Positions 1-15,700 of a stretch of DNA of 56,471 bases are shown here, in pieces. A program made the translations under genes and the position numbers. How positions within the stretch are numbered: the stretch's first letter is position 1; each line of letters opens with the position of its first letter. The notes beneath the pieces are model-generated. The model saw only the letters and a program-made list of their open reading frames with translations, was not told the DNA's origin and did not search any database. Source of the DNA: Rhizaria sp. SCN 62-66 (lineage: Eukaryota); contig MEDY01000176.1 in assembly GCA_001724265.1 (NCBI GenBank), forward strand, positions 1 through 56,471, written 5' to 3'.

Positions 1-784
1 TATCGCCGTCGTGTTTGTGCGCAAATGGTTAGCAATCTCACATTGTAGTTGCGCACTCTTCGACACCACCTGCCCCGTCCCTTCCGTTGGGGTTCTCAAT
101 AGTTAGTGAACCCCTTATTTCTCGATGAATTATTTTTTTACGATAGTATACTGTATAATATACGACTTTGATACTCCTTATAAGAATACATTGCCAAATC
201 TTATTCGGCTTACAACAAACAGTTTTATTCTTGAGACGGAGCGTGGTAACATTCAGAGCACACTCATGGTCATCATTTGTTAAACCCCTTGCTGCACCGC
301 AAAGCAAATGAAGGAGATGTTAGATCGCTAAACGTATGACGTATAGTAAAACTCTATTGAGCGAATGATTGCACATTGCTTTGCGTACATGTCAAAACGA
401 CAAACACATTTGCAACCTCTGTCGGAACCTAACCTGAAAAACAAACAACAAGTCTTTTTGGGTGCATACTTTTGGTATTCGCGGGGTTTTAGCATGTTTT
501 TATAAGTATACAATAAATTATCTGGAGATAATTTATGTTATTGTAGAGATCAATTTTGTTGTACTGCATGTAACGAAGATATTCGATTCTCACCACAAAT
601 TCTCAAGTGCTGCCTGCCTGTCTGCCTCCGATTTTTTACGAACCGGACAGGCAGCACCCCATGCACTCAGCTCAAGCTTAACTTCGAATGATAGTTTTGC
701 TTTTCTTCGAATTAGTTTGACTCCCCGAATCGGTTTCTAAATCTGAATAGTGGAGCCATCCAATTTGGTATTAATCGTGGGATA

Positions 785-3700
785 ATGTGGCGTCACATTT
801 TCTTCACACTCTTCACAGTAGTCGCATTCGCTACGGTTGCTCTGGTACGTTCAAAGGAGTCCTCCATCCCTCTTCTTTTCGTCTCCGAGCCGGTTTTCTT
901 TCCTTTGCAAGAAATATGGCATTGTGCTGCGCACACTCATTCTTTTTGTACACACGCCTGTACTGTTTGCTTTTGTTTCTTAACCCGTTGTGCACTCCAC
1001 ACTTGCCTTCAAATGTCCCGCTCTGCCTCTCACCGACTCTCACCAATCGCCTACTTCATTCTCTTTTGCACTCGTCAGGCTCAAACCTCTTCGAACATTG
1101 CAACCCTATCGAGCTACTTGACGGGTAGTACAAGCTACACACTCAATGCCAACTTTGTGTATCCTTCAGGTGCGACTTCCAGCTACGTGTACCTCAAGTC
1201 TTCCGAATCATGGTTCGAGACGTCAAGTTGCTTCATTTACAGGAATACCACGCAAATGGGCAGTTGCAGCTCGGGCGGGGCTCCTACCCAAACTGTTTGC
1301 GAGATCTCTTCTTATACCACGGCGACCCACACGATCTCCTGCACGGGTATCCAAATCCCTCAGGCAACTTCGCAAGCAATGACTGTCGAGCTGAACTCTG
1401 GCACCGCTGTCACTCACACGATCTCTGTTCCGCTCGCCCACGCCGTGCAGTCGTCCTACACTTTTACGACCACAGTCGCCAACTATCTCCTTAACGAGCC
1501 TAACACGATTAGCTTTACGTTTACACTCCTTGATGCCTTCTTGGCCAATCAATATATCCGCTTTGACTTCGACAAGCGGTTCCCGTTTACGACAAAGACG
1601 AGCTCCGACTGCGAGGTGTCGATTGGCGGCACTGCGGCTCAGTTTCAAAGCTTGGCTATGGATCCTGCCGGGGCTGTCAATATTTATGCTGCAACGAACA
1701 TTGCCGTGCTCTCGACGATCCTCTTTGCTTGTAAAGTTACGCCCAACACAACCGTTTCCACGACTGTGGTGCCTGCGTCGGTTGTCTTTCCCCCGAATTA
1801 CAACGTCCCGTATCCCGTTAACAAGCTGCCCATCGACATCAACAGTTACTCGGTGTCCTCCGCCATCTCGGGCTACACCCCCGACACGCGTCACGCTCTC
1901 ACACTGTCCTTTTACTCCCGCGTCGCCACAGCGGCCAACACGGCCTTTTATGTGAATTTCAATGGCCAGGTCACGCCCGTCCTTAACGCCTTCACAGGTG
2001 ATTTCGTCGTCGCCCCCATCTCTCCAGCCACTACGGTTGACGTCGGCTTTGCCACAACCAGGACAGTTTCCAACGCCACGCTTGCGATCACGCTGAAGCA
2101 GGCGTTCCCCGCCGGCCAGCTCGTGTCGTTTACTGCCCAAGTGTATCTCACCGGCGCGTTCGCCAAGGAACTGGGTGCTTTCAACTTTACCCGTCCTTCT
2201 TACCCTGCGATCATCACATCCGTCACGCCGCTCGCGTATGGCGCGCTGACGTACACATCATCCTACGCGCCTGTGATCGAATCCACTACGTACGCTCTGT
2301 CTGACATTGGTAACTTCACCATCACCATTCAGCCACTGCAGCGCTATGCACAGTACGCCGCGTGGACCGTGACGCTCCTCAAGTCACTCAAGTTTAACAG
2401 CGCGTACCCGTGCACTCTTTCCCCGGCACTTGCCGGCACGACGATGACGTTCACGCCCATTACGGGCAATGTTACGGGTCTGGCCGCGATGCCGACGGTG
2501 ATGAAGATCAATTTCGATGCTGTACTTACGGGGTCATACGATGTCTTTACGCCCGTTGAGCTCAGCTGCGGGTTTTATACGCCCGCCAGCGAAGTGGAGA
2601 CGTCGCCGGCAACGATTAGCTTTGAGTGGGCCGCCGGCAATAATGAGATTGTGAGCGCGAGTGTGGCACCATTTCCTGTTCCTATCACGGCCCATGAAAC
2701 TTCAGTGATCAGTGGTGGATTCCTGGTGAATTCACCAGTGTATATTGGACTTGTTTACAAAATTCGGCGTCGTTTGTATATTGGTGACGCTGTCACTATC
2801 ACGTTTGCTTCCGGTATTACTGTTCAAGGTTGCGAATCCGAGGTTGAGCTTGTTGCTGACAACAAGTTCATTTTTGTCATGCCATTTGACTATATTCCGA
2901 TCGAATAGGGTACTTTTATCTGCACGGTCGTCTTCCACACACTCGGCTACACCGGCATCAACATCGCTAATGCCACGTTCCCGGGTTTGTCCCATATGTA
3001 CTGGAACACTACGTTCACCACGCCTATCACGGACTATTCGGCGACCGCGGATGCATTGTCGTACTTACACACGGATGCCGACAACACGATCTCTTTCCAC
3101 TTTCGACATCTGGTCTGGTCGCAGCCCGGTGACGAATGGACCGTCACGATTGATCCGTTGCTGCAGCTCACTGGACCCTGCAGCATGGTCACACCCGCGA
3201 ATTATTCGACGTCGGAGCGCATTGGGACCACTAACTCGGCGACTATCGTCATCGACGATGAGATCGAATTATTCACGGATATTACCATCGCGTGTCCTGT
3301 GAGTAACACGTATGATTTCTTTGACACGTCGCCCGGGTCAATGACCATTGGCGGCCGCACGTTCGCGGCGTCACCCATGCCTAAGGTTCTGCAAAAGTAC
3401 GCCGGTCAGGCCACTCTCGAGTCGTATGTTACCAACGCGCAGACGACGATGACTCTCAATCTTCCATTGCTGCGACCCTATCCTGCTGACAGCACGTTCC
3501 TGTTTGTTTTTAACACCAGCTTCGTGTTCTCGACCAACGCGAGCATCATGTGCACCATTTTGCCAATCGGCAGCTCCAACACGACGCTGCCGCTGACGAT
3601 CGCGGCAGAGACTCCCACGCAGTCCCCCGGCAATGCGCACCAAATCATTACCGTAGGAGTTCCTGGCCTGAAGCTCGACGACGTGCTCAGCTTCTCGTGC

Positions 3701-6700
3701 CCGTTGATGAACCCTGTGTTGGCGACGCTGCCCCACGCGCCGGTGACGGCGACGCTGCTGGGCCACACGTTTGACTTTGATCCGCTGCCGACGTCTATCG
3801 CGGGAATGCTCACGCAGTCATCTGCTCGGCTCTATTCGTACTTGCCTAATGCTACGACGACTCTTGACCTCGAGTTCTTTGTTCTCTCTCCGGTTACGGG
3901 CACCCTTCTTTTCACTTTCGTGATTAACTCCAAGTTTGTTGGCCCCACTTGCGTTGTGAATCAGTGGCCCGGTGACTTTAGCCTCTCCACGACTAGTTCT
4001 ACCGAGTACAAAATCTCACCTGCGTCCACCACTGGCCTCCGCGCTGGTCTCGTGCGCTTGCGCTGCACCGTTACGAATCCGGCTTCGGGTGGCGTCACTA
4101 CTGCGGCTAGCGTGGCCGAGAGCTCATTGGTCATTCGTGGTACGTTGTCCTTTACGCTGCCCCAGGACGCCACGATGCAATACACGTTGACCCCCAGTGT
4201 GACGTCGTATGCGACTCTGTCTGAGCAGAAGCTCACTCTTGAGGCCACACTGCCTGTTGCTACAAAGACGGCGACGGACCTTGTTTTTAAGATCCACAAG
4301 AAGATCACCGTCAAGTACGGCTCGTGCGCGCTGTCTGGTCGCTCTGCCACTGCCGCTGTGGGCATCATCCGCATCACCCACGCGGCCACCACGGGCGTCA
4401 ACGTCAACGACATCACCGTGCGCATTCCATCCGCTGCTAACGCTAATGCGTACTACGTGCTGGCGTGCGATATCACGACACCCGACGGTCCCATCCAGGG
4501 CACTTCGGACGCTTTGGCGACGATCACCCTCGTCACGCTGGACAACACCGCCGTGACGAAGTCGTTTTCCGCGCTTCCGCACGACTTCGAGGCTTACGCG
4601 GCGACGGCGTGGCTGCTGAGTTATTTTGAGCTGATTCAGACGAGTTACTACGTCCAGTTCCGCGCGCTGACCGAAATCCCTGCTGACGTTAATATCACGC
4701 TCGCATTCGACCTCATCCACGTCCAAACGGGCGGCTCGTGCCGCATCTCCACCACGGGGCCCGACCGCGCCGAAGTTGCGGCGCGGTCCGCTGTCGCACA
4801 GAGCACCAACAACGTCGTAACGTTCACCCCTCCACAGAACCTTACAATTCCCTATGGCACTGTGATCAAGCTTCGCTGCCCTGTACGCAACCCGAATCAG
4901 AACCTCGAGGGAACTATCCCGGCCCCCACCATTTCTATCACCAACTCGCAGTACGCCAACGTGGCCTTCACGTCCGCCGCGCTGCCGCATCAGGTTCTCA
5001 CGACGTACGCTTCGCACCCGCAGCTGTTCGTGTCGCGCATGGCCAAGTACTACAGCGGCAAGGCCACGGAGCTCCTGTTCGAGTTCCCGCTCCTCGAGTC
5101 CACGGCTGCGGGCACTGTGTACGCTTTTGACCTCAACGATGGCGTCACGTTCCCGACGGGCGTGGCGGAGCCCTGCGTGGGTAACAATCTCAAGCTCACG
5201 TATGACAGCGAAGACACCCGTGCGATTGACATTGAGCTCAAGACCGCCGTGACGTCGGGCTTCATGTTCTCTCTGCTGTGCCAGATCGTCGCTCCGCCTG
5301 CCACGGTGGCCGCTTTCGTTCCTGCTGAGATGGCTTTTATCGCCAACTCTGCCGCTCAGGTCTCGGTGTTTCCGGCGCTAATCTCGTTCACATCGGCCGA
5401 CTACGCACTTGATGTCAGTATTCAGTCGCTGACGTACGGCGTCACGTCTAAGATGGTCGTATCGTTCCATCTCCTGGACGATTTCTCGGCTAACTCTATC
5501 TTCACACTTGTGCTTAACAGTGGTTTCTCGAGCGGGATCTCGGCCTGCAATTTGCCCGGCGCCGTCACGGCCATGAATGCCACGTCCCGCGGCGTTGCAA
5601 GCCGGTACACGGTTGATTTTATCCTGTCGAGCATTATTCGTGCCGGTAACACGGCTGTGATGACGTGCACCATTGTGAATCCATCCACGACCATTGGTCT
5701 GCCGGACACTCCCTTGCAAGTCATTTTCGACATTCCTGGCGCCAGCTCTCCGCGCACGTTGTCTCACCAGTTCTACATCGACCTCGTGCCTGGTTTCTCT
5801 GGCCGCACTTTGCTGTCTTCGTACAACGTTGACCCTGCTGCCACGCTGACCATTGCACTGTCGTTCCCGGAGCCGATCCAGTCGGGTGTTCTCACGCTCG
5901 CTGTGAGCAATCTTCTCCCGCTGGTCAACACGTCATGCACACTCCTCAAGGATACGCCTTACGCTTCTCTTGTCGCCTTCAGTATGGCTGCGCGCGATGC
6001 CACGTTCGACCCACATTTGGTGTTCCACGACGGCTTCCCGCTCGGTGGCTCGCTCACGATTGCTTGCACTGTGTCGACGACTCCTGGTGTGATCGACAAG
6101 ACCGTTGTTGCGACCGCGGATATGACGCCCAGTGTGGTGTTCTCGATCTCCGACCTACCGTTCCCTGTGCTGGAGACTGCGTCGAGTACGACTGAGGTTG
6201 CATCGATCGTTGAGCACACGCGCACTGTGTTGACCAACTCGATGTGGCTTGTTCGGTCGATCCCCGTCAAGACGGTCTTTTCGATTGTGATGCCGTCCAT
6301 CATCTTTACCTTCGTCGATGCGTGCACTTTCACGAACTACAACACCAAGGCTAGCGTTACGGCGGGCAATTTCACATACACGCCCACCAGCGATGGTGAC
6401 ACCAAGGTTTAGGTCCTTCTCGCGGCGCTGTCCGCGGGTACTGCGATTGATCTGGTCTGCATCGTCGGTGTTCCTGAATCCGTGTCCGACGGCGCTGTGC
6501 TCGAATACGGCCCCGCGATCCTCACCCCTCCACAGGGCACTGTCTTTTCGATCTTAATTGACCCTCTGCCGCACGCATCTGTGCCGGCTCCTGCGACTCC
6601 TTCGCCGTATTTTATCGACACACTGCGTCTTAGTCAGCAGGCGACCATGAATCTGCGTTTCCTTGTCGTTGACCGCATTTTTGCAAACACGGCTGTCACC

Positions 6701-9700
6701 ATCACTGCGAACTCACAGTTTGACACCCTGATCTGCACGCAAATCGCGACTCTGGACGCACCGAGCGCTGTGATCCGTTCATCCGGCAATGAGAGTCTGG
6801 CTGTGACTGCCTCGTTTGTTAACGGTGTTGCTGTCGGCACGGAACTCGCGTTCTCGTGCACAGTGTTCCTGTCGGAGACGGCGCTGCCGGCTAATGCTCT
6901 TGTGGCAGCCACTGTGTCGTATCCCTACGTCGCTGTTAGCAGCACCAACAAGATCCAGAATAGCGTGCGTACCGCACAGTATTCGCTGCCCAGCAACCTC
7001 GAGGCTGCGTACGTGTTTGATGTCACTGTGGGTTCGTTCCTGACTGCCAAGCCCACAGTGCTGCAGCTTGCAGTGCGTGTGCTCGACACGTATATCACGA
7101 CGGCCACGAGCCCGATTGATTTAAGCTTCAACACTGCGTTTGTCATTGCCTCCAACGCTGAGTGTAGCAGTCCCGCGCTTGCGGCTAACGCTACGATCAT
7201 GAACAACAACGTCGCGCTGAATCTCAATTCGCAGGTTCAACTCGGTGATATTGTCATTATCACTTGTCCCATCACCACACCCGCAGCGATTGGCGCGCTC
7301 ACCGGGCCCGCAGCGAAGCTTGAGAACGGCAACGCTATTACGTCGGATGTGGCTTTCACAGACCTCGAGCACGGCTTTGTCACCGGTTTCGTCACTACGT
7401 CCGACATCAAGTCGTTCATTGCCTCACAGACGACGCAGCTGCTGTTGAGCTTCTGGTTGTACGAGCCGCTTTTGGCCGATGCACAATCCTCCACGGCTAA
7501 GTTTACTTTGCCTATTTTGAATGACGGCTTCGCTAGCATCATGAGCTGCAAGGTCACTGACTCGACGGGCTCCACCGCGCGCTTCCTCAACATCGAATCC
7601 ACGGATCGCCAGATCACCTTCGACATTTACCCCGAGGAGCGCTCAGGCTTGCAGATCTTCATCGACTGCGTTGTTGTGAATAAAGACCAGGCATCTGCAG
7701 GTTCGGCGAGTCGCGAGCTCGGCATTGGTGGGATTGGTATTTGGGAAATCCCATTCCCTGATCTCATCAATGAACCGCAGACGAAGTACACTGCGCAGCA
7801 CGTTCTGCACTCGTTCATCGAGTCTGCGAACACAACGCTTGAGGTGGGCTTTGATATGCTTGAAGAATTTGCAATTGGCAAGACAATCTCCTATGAGGTT
7901 GTGAACGTCTTCACCATCGTTGCCAGCGGTACGGTGCCCTCATGCACGGTTAACTACCCGGAGTCGTTTGTTCTCTCGCTCTCGGGTACACACACGATTG
8001 TGTTGCGTGCTGTGGAGATCCTGCCTGCTGGCTCTCGTATTGAGCTCACATGTAATGTGGTGAACCCTCAGGCCGCACTATCGCCGACCGGTTTTGTTGT
8101 CACGATCCGTACGACGCCCGTATCGGAGAGCCGTCTCTTCAATTCTGAAGTGCTCGCACACCCCATTGTTTCTGCCTACACTGGCACACTGACGGCGGAC
8201 TCGCTCCTGCTCAGTGAAGCTACGGTGATTGAGGCTCATTTTGACGCCCTTGAAGGATTCTCAAGCGCTGGTTATGGTGACACTATCTTATTTTCGTATT
8301 ACTATGGCTTCATCGCCGCGTCGAGCAACTGCTCGCTGTCTTATACAGACGCCGAGCTCGAAGAAGTCGCTGTTGCAGAGCTGTCCCTCGACGGCGCCGC
8401 CGATATCAGCGCCAGGATCACCATCGACGTTCCCGCAGGCACGACTCTGGCATTCCGGTGCAAGCTTATGGCTCCCTCTGTGTCATTCGATGTCGCGATT
8501 CTTACGGCTATTTTCACGCTGAACACCGCACTGCGAACACTGGTTTTCCCTGATACGGCTGCTCCGTTCTCGAATCAGTACACATTTTCATCCCAGCTTA
8601 GCTCCTATTACCCAAGCGTTGCAGCCACCCTCACGCTGCGGTCTGTCATCATGGAGTTGATTGATGGAGCGACGTTCGAGATCGAGCTCACTGAAGTATT
8701 TGCTTCTGTTTCCACATGCACCGCGCTCCCAACCCCCTCGTCAAAGTCGGGTTCATCGCGCGCGCATAGTTTTAACTATAATTCCATCTCCGCTGGCACT
8801 CAGCTTGTGATCACGTGCAGCGTCACAAATCCCGCTTCGTCATTAGATATTTCGCCCGGTCTCATTATTTTCGACTCTCCTGCATTGGGCTCCAATCAAG
8901 AACAATATTTTGCCACGTTGCCACACTTCATCACAAATGATTTTGCTGTTGCAGTACGTCTCGAGTCATTTTACGCTAACCGTGTGAACACGAAGTACAC
9001 TTTGTCGTTCATGCTGCTGATGGAGTGGAATGTGGGCACTGTCGTGACGTTCAATCCCCATTATGGCTTTCATTCCACGTTCGACACGCTCACTTGCACG
9101 ATGGATGGCACTAGTACGCTTTCTATCTCCACACTGAAGGAGTTACGTTTCACTGTACTCCAGGCCTTTGTAGCTGGTTTCCGTGTCACAATGAACTGTA
9201 TTGTTACAACGCCCGCTGTGGGTATTGATATCAACGTCCCACCGGCAGAAGTTTCGGGTGCGATGCTTCTTTGGACGCAAAGCGGATCGATAGTTAGCTT
9301 CCCGTTCCCTGCGTTCTCACGATCATCAACCGTTTCGAGCATTAATGGCGAAGTCACACTTGACTCCTACTATGTCGATGAGCCGGCCGTGATGACATTT
9401 AGCATGTGGCTTCCCGAGGACTTGCTTAAAACTGATTTCTTGTCTTTTAAGTTTGACTCTCGCGTGGCCATTACTGCAGGCGCTACTTGCGGTGTTGGTG
9501 GCACGACTGCGCTCAGTGCAACCACTTATGTGTCTGGCAACGACGCATCTGTTGTGGTTGTGATCGATGACGATAACGATGTCGCGATTCTTGCTGGTGA
9601 ACCTTTCACCATTTCGTGCAATATCTTGATGCCATCGACGAGTAACGTGAAGATCGGCAACACTACGGCATTAAGCCAGACTATTTATGGTCAAAGCAGG

Positions 9701-12700
9701 GTGATTGTGTTTAACCAGTTCTTGTACCCGATTCTATCCAAGCTTGAAGCATCATCGCGCCAGTACTCATACATCAATGATGATGTGTCGTACTTTGTCA
9801 TTACGTTCCGCACGAACAAGTTGCTGACCAAGGGTACAACTATCCAGTGGAATCCAAATCCGAATCAGTTCGCAAACGACATGACCTGCCAACTTAAGCG
9901 CCACTGGGACGATGATGAGCTCAATATCGGCACTTCATCAGCTGGGTTTTATGTTGATATCGCGGTAGAGGAAACCGTTAACGCTGCCATCACGCTGTAC
10001 ATTATCTGCGATGTAACGATCAAATCTGACCCAATGATGTCGTCACTGATGTTGTCGGATTTGCAGGTCGGTAATGAGCCTGCGACGCCGCTGTCAACTT
10101 TGTTGATGTATCCAGTGTCTTCGAACCCTGTGACGTTCACGACGCAATTTTTCGCCACCAAGTCGACGACGGTGATCCAATTCACTTACAAGCTGACCGA
10201 GTATCTCCAGTTGGGCGACACCGTCACGGTGACCCTTCACTCTGGCTTTAAGATTGACGCTGAGCTTCCCTCGTCTATGTCTGTTTCTGGCACTGATATG
10301 ACTCTAGTAGATAAGGGCAGCAACACTCTTAAGCTCGTCACCACCCGCGAGCTTGCGCCGAACGAGAATGCTGACTTCTTCATCTCCCTTATCGCCCCTG
10401 AGTCGCATGATGTCTTTAACGACGGTCTCAAAATCGTGCGCTTTGATTTTGGCACTGTGGACTCTTACGGCTACAAACCTCGTTGGGGTGAAACCAGCTC
10501 CTTCACCGGCGGCAACGTGTTCCGTGATGAGAACCTGAAGGTGTCGTTCGCGTCGTACCTTTCAACAGCATCGAGTGTTGTGACGACTTTTAGCTTCACC
10601 GTGACCGACCCCTTCACGGCGACAACCGCGACACGGTATGAACTCATCCTTTTTGGTCGCGAATCTGCGTCTAACTTTCCGACTATTTCATGTAGCGGTT
10701 TTGCCGCAACGAACTCTTCAGTCCTGGGCAGTTTATCACAGGCGAGTATGAGTACGATGATTAATGTTTATTTCCAGACAGGCTACGTTTATGTACCTGG
10801 TACGACGTATTCTTTCACAGCCAACTGCGTTCTATACCCCATTGTTGCTACGGCCAAGCAGTATCTCTTCGAGCGCGGCACCTTCTAGCGCCATAGCGAG
10901 CTTTCGCGCAATGTTGTCTTGTCGCCGCTGTCTCACCCGATCGTGTCGGCTTACCCGGCGGTCCTGTCCACGTCGAGCTATATTGCCGGCGACACGAACG
11001 TCACATTGACGGTCGATTTCTGGGCTGTGGAGCCCTTCTGTACATCGTGCACACTTGACACATGCGACAGTTGCTCTGACTACGCCATGTTTACATTGGG
11101 CTCAACGCTTACAGGTGACATCTTAGCCAACTGCAATCTCAAGTACACGATCCTGGACCGTGCAGAGACGACTCTGCCCGTGTCATGCTCGTCGTGCGGC
11201 CTCTCCGACGTAAACTTTAACTTCACCGAGTATGTCCCTGTGGAGACAAAGCTCACGCTCACGTGCACTGGTATTACTGTGCCTGCGACCGAGTTCCCTG
11301 CACGTGATGCTGTCCTTGTGCCTGGCAGCATGGTTCTTAGTGGCCGTACCCTTAAGTCTATGGGTGTGGAGCTCTTTAAGATCGACCCGCTGCCTTATAA
11401 CTTCACCACCGACTTCGCGACTACGGCGTCGCTATCGTCTTACCGTGTTGGTGCACATTCTGTCATGACGCTGTCCTGGCAACTGCCACGGTCCGAGACC
11501 ACGAGTGCGACGCGCAGTCTCGAGCTCACACAAGGATACTTCACTGGGATCGATGACTGTGTATTGAGCCCCACTTACGATGTCATTTCGTTGTCTTCCT
11601 CCGATTCCACGATCATGATGTCTAATTTCATCGGTGCTGCGGGTGACAAGTTCACTCTCACTTGTAATGTCAAGACTGCAGCGGTCACATTAGATAAGAC
11701 AGTTGCCACCCTCAACATTGGTGGCGATGAGCTCACGTTTGTGCTGCCGCAGGAGATTGTGCAGCGCTATGAGACGAGTATGACGCTGTCTGATGCTACT
11801 GTGGGCGACAACTCTACTGCCGTCTTCACGCTCACTCCTTTTGTTGATATGGATGGTTTCGTCGCTGTCATCAGTTCGCCCCTCTTCGCATCGGGCTCTT
11901 GTCAGTCTTCGGCGTTTGCTGGGTCAATTGCATTTAATGCCACGACACACGAGCTTAAGGCTACGTTTGATTCTGCTCCCGCCAATGACCCTCTTTCCAT
12001 CACATGCACATTTGTGGTTGGCCCTGCCTATGATTACTCCCTTGCCATTGTGTTCACGCACAGCTCAATGCTCGAAGCTGAGACGTACTACTTCCCTGAG
12101 CTGGTGTCTGCGGTCGATGCTATTCCTATTGATGTGCGTCTGTCTTCGAAGCACGCACAGTCCGCGTCTAACCTGCGGCTTACTTTTACTGCTCCGCTGC
12201 TGCTCATGGATGACTACTCCACTGGACTCGTCATCAAGTCACAGTTCACCGAGATCTCGGCCTGTTTTAGTGATGACATGACAATCGATCTCAACGATGA
12301 CGATGTGTTGCTCATGTTCCTGCCGAACGTTATCCGCGGAGACCAAGTACGCGTCGACTGCAACGTGACCAACTCTGCAGTGGGTGCCGCTTTTGACATC
12401 AAGGGTTCTTTCATCGGTGACGGTAAGCCTAAAGTCAGCTATGTGGGCAAGCTTGTCGAACGCGTCGCCGCCGTCACCGGCGCTACTTCGCGCGAGTCCC
12501 TTGTTGCTGACGCCACGACTGTGTTCAACGTCATGTTTACCGCGACGGAGAATCTCGATGGACAGATCCTGCGTATTTACACCCAGGACGCATTTAGCTC
12601 TTTTGTGTCTAACTCGTGCACCGTCACGCGGAAAACTGTGGTCCCGGACACGAACCCAGTGCAGTACACTCAGGCTGCCGCGGGCTCGGTTGCGCTAGTT

Positions 12701-15700
12701 CCGTATTTCGATGACGTTGGTATCGCGACGACATTCACTGCCGTCGCCGTCAAGGACTCGGAGCTCACCATCACGTGCACTGTCGTAAATTCGCCAGTGC
12801 CTGTGGCTAACGTGACTGCGTATTCGTACTTTTCGCTCGACGGCCGTTCCTCGTTCCCGCTCGATCTGCCCCTGCTTGAGGTCACCACGTCGTATGTCGT
12901 TGCCACTTTCTTCCTCGAGAACAAGCGCGCCCTCCGCGCGGACACAGGCTTCACGATCTCTTTCATGCCCTCGCTACCACCCGCTGGATACACCCTGGAG
13001 CTGCCGCTGCAGCCGGTGTTTACGACCGTCGACGCCACGAGCTGTGAACTGTCACAGGCGTCGGTCTGGCCCGTTGAGAACCCCGATTCTTCGTCTACGG
13101 TTAATCTCGTTGGTACTGTCACTTACAATGCCACCACGTTTGGGCTGTCGGTGCACTTCCGCTCGACCGCGGTCAAGTGGGAGCTTGTCACACTGAAGTG
13201 CCGTGGCACTCTTGCTGCCGCGAGTGCTGCTCAGACTGTGTACGCGCAGTTCACCCCCGCCTCGACGAACAGCACTCTGCCAGTATTTGACCTCAGGGCT
13301 GAGGTGATGCAGATCATCCCCGAGATTGTCATCACACCCACGACGACGAACCACTACGTCAATGAGTCGAGCTCTATTGCGGTTCCTATCACAATCACGG
13401 AGACGACGATGGAGGGATGGATGATCACAATTTCGACGACGAATACGTTTATTACAGTTTCGAACTGCTACGTCACGGTGCCCGGAGTGTCTGTCAACGG
13501 CACCGCGTCTGATCCCGTTTCTGCCGGTACTGTTACGGTCGATGGAACCACGATTAAGGCGACGCTCAACGATCAAGCGCGGAAGGATGCCGTGGTGACT
13601 GTGTCGTGCTTCGTGCAAAACTATCTGCGCAAGAGCAACATTCGCTGGCTTGGCGTTGCCTCAAAAACTGGCTCGACCTCGTTTGAGTACGGCTTCACCG
13701 CGCACGACATTCTCTATCGGCCGCCTACATTTGATGCGCTGCTGTCGTCATCTATTTACGACGACTATCTGGTGACGCTAACGATGACGACGCTGCTGAC
13801 TTTGCCGCTCGAGATTGGACAAGAGCTCTCGCTCAACATGGAGACGCTTTTCCCTGGCCGCGCAACTGGTAAGCAGTGCTCGATCAAGTTTGGCTCGGCC
13901 GCCACGCGTTCACGCACTATCGGCACTGATGCCCTCGTGTTTACAGTTGATTTCTTCGACGTCCGCGACATCAATACGCTTGTTGAGATAATCTGCCGTG
14001 GTATGACGAACCCGAAGACTGCGGCCGAGGTCGTTCCCATCACGGGCATGCTTGCGGGCGAAGTTCCGCTGTCAATTAGCGTTAAGAACACGTTCGTTAC
14101 CACCACTGTGCCTGGCGCTGTGGTTGCTAGCTCTTACACTTCTGGCACCACCAATGTGGAGCTTGTCTATGAGTTTGTTACACAACGCGACCTCAATGGT
14201 TACGCGGTCCGCATTGTGCCGCTCCGCCGCTTTAACCTTACCACGGGCTGCGCAGCGTTGAATCTGGCGTCCACGTTCACACTGCCCACGGTCGCCGCGG
14301 GCGAGGAGCGCATCATGGAGGTGACGATTGGCGCCACCACGAACATTGGTGACACAGTCAAGATTAGCTGCGTTGTCAATCTCGGCGAGCCGTCCAACGC
14401 GTCAACGTATACGCTATCCTTCACTAAGACGAGCAGCAAGGCGGTACCTGTCGCGGTCACCATGCGCTATGTGGTGCCCGCGCCCGTGTTTGTAGGTTCG
14501 CTGTCGTCGTCGATCTTGGGTGACACCAGTGTTGTGTCCAAGATCAGTGCCCCGATCAGGTTCCCCATTGCGTCGGGTAACACGATCAACTTCAACTACC
14601 AGGACCAGTTCACTCTCTCGAGCGACGTGCGGTGCGCGATTAGCATTAACAATGCGTCGACGTCGCTCACGGTCACGTCATCAACGGCTATCTCGTACAC
14701 ATTCACCTCAGCCCAGGCCAACCTCACCGTGATTGGCCTTGATTGCGTTGGTCTTCGCCTTCCTACGGCGGCATTTACAATCAGCGGTGTAGTCTCAACG
14801 ACTGAGGCGCAGTATAGCTACGTGTACTTCTCGTTTGCGTACACCAATACCCTCGTCACTGCACATGCGCTCGGCAACACCACTCTCAGCACGTACCTGC
14901 CTTCGCAGTCGGGAGTCACCATGGTGGCTACGTTCAAGGCTCTTAAGGATCTCTCGGGATTCGCTTTTGTGTTGTCTGCGACGAACAGGATGTATATTAA
15001 CTCATGTGAATCGATTCCGAGCCTGCTGACTGGCGCTTCGAACACAGCGGAGACAAGCAACATCACACTCACCTTCAGTAGTTCCACGACCGTGAACCAG
15101 GAGATTGCAATCCAGTGCGTTGTGCGCACACTCGCCGCGTCGGCCAAGAGCAACATTATTGGCAACTATTACCTCGGTTCCACATCTGCCGCCGGCTCTG
15201 GCACGGTGCAGTTCGAGTTGGCCACCATTGTGTACTCGTACACTGGCACCGTTACGCAGTCGTCCAATGTGCAGGGTGAGATCAACACTCTCGCATTTAC
15301 GTTCTCCGCGCTTGATGACCTTACAAGTCGCACCCTTACACTCGATTTGGCCACAGTCGCTACTACCGTGACGTCTTGTGACGTACCAGAGACGTTAGTA
15401 AGCCATGCCGCTACTATCAACGGCACTGTGGTGAGCTTCGTGTTCACGGGGTTCACAACGAGTCTTAGTGTCGTCTTCACCTGCGTTGTAATCAACTCCG
15501 TCGCCCGCTCTGGCTCCGAGCTCCGCGCCGTCGTCACCCACCCCACTTCGCTTGCCGCTGCGCTGCCGGTCTACTTCTCCCACAGCGGGCTTATCGCGCG
15601 CGCGCTCACGGACCGCCTTGTCCAGTATGAGTCCTTCGCCGCCGCTGGTTCGCGCACGACTCTCACGCTCAAGTTGCGGCCTAACTTCATCATCACGTCG

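Noticed and set aside
10-75. Possible tRNA-like element (TGGTTAG, GTGCGCAA...TTGCGCAC stem)
   Set aside because: No cloverleaf or proper T-loop could be built. No tRNA, including a CUA-anticodon tRNA, was seen in this window.
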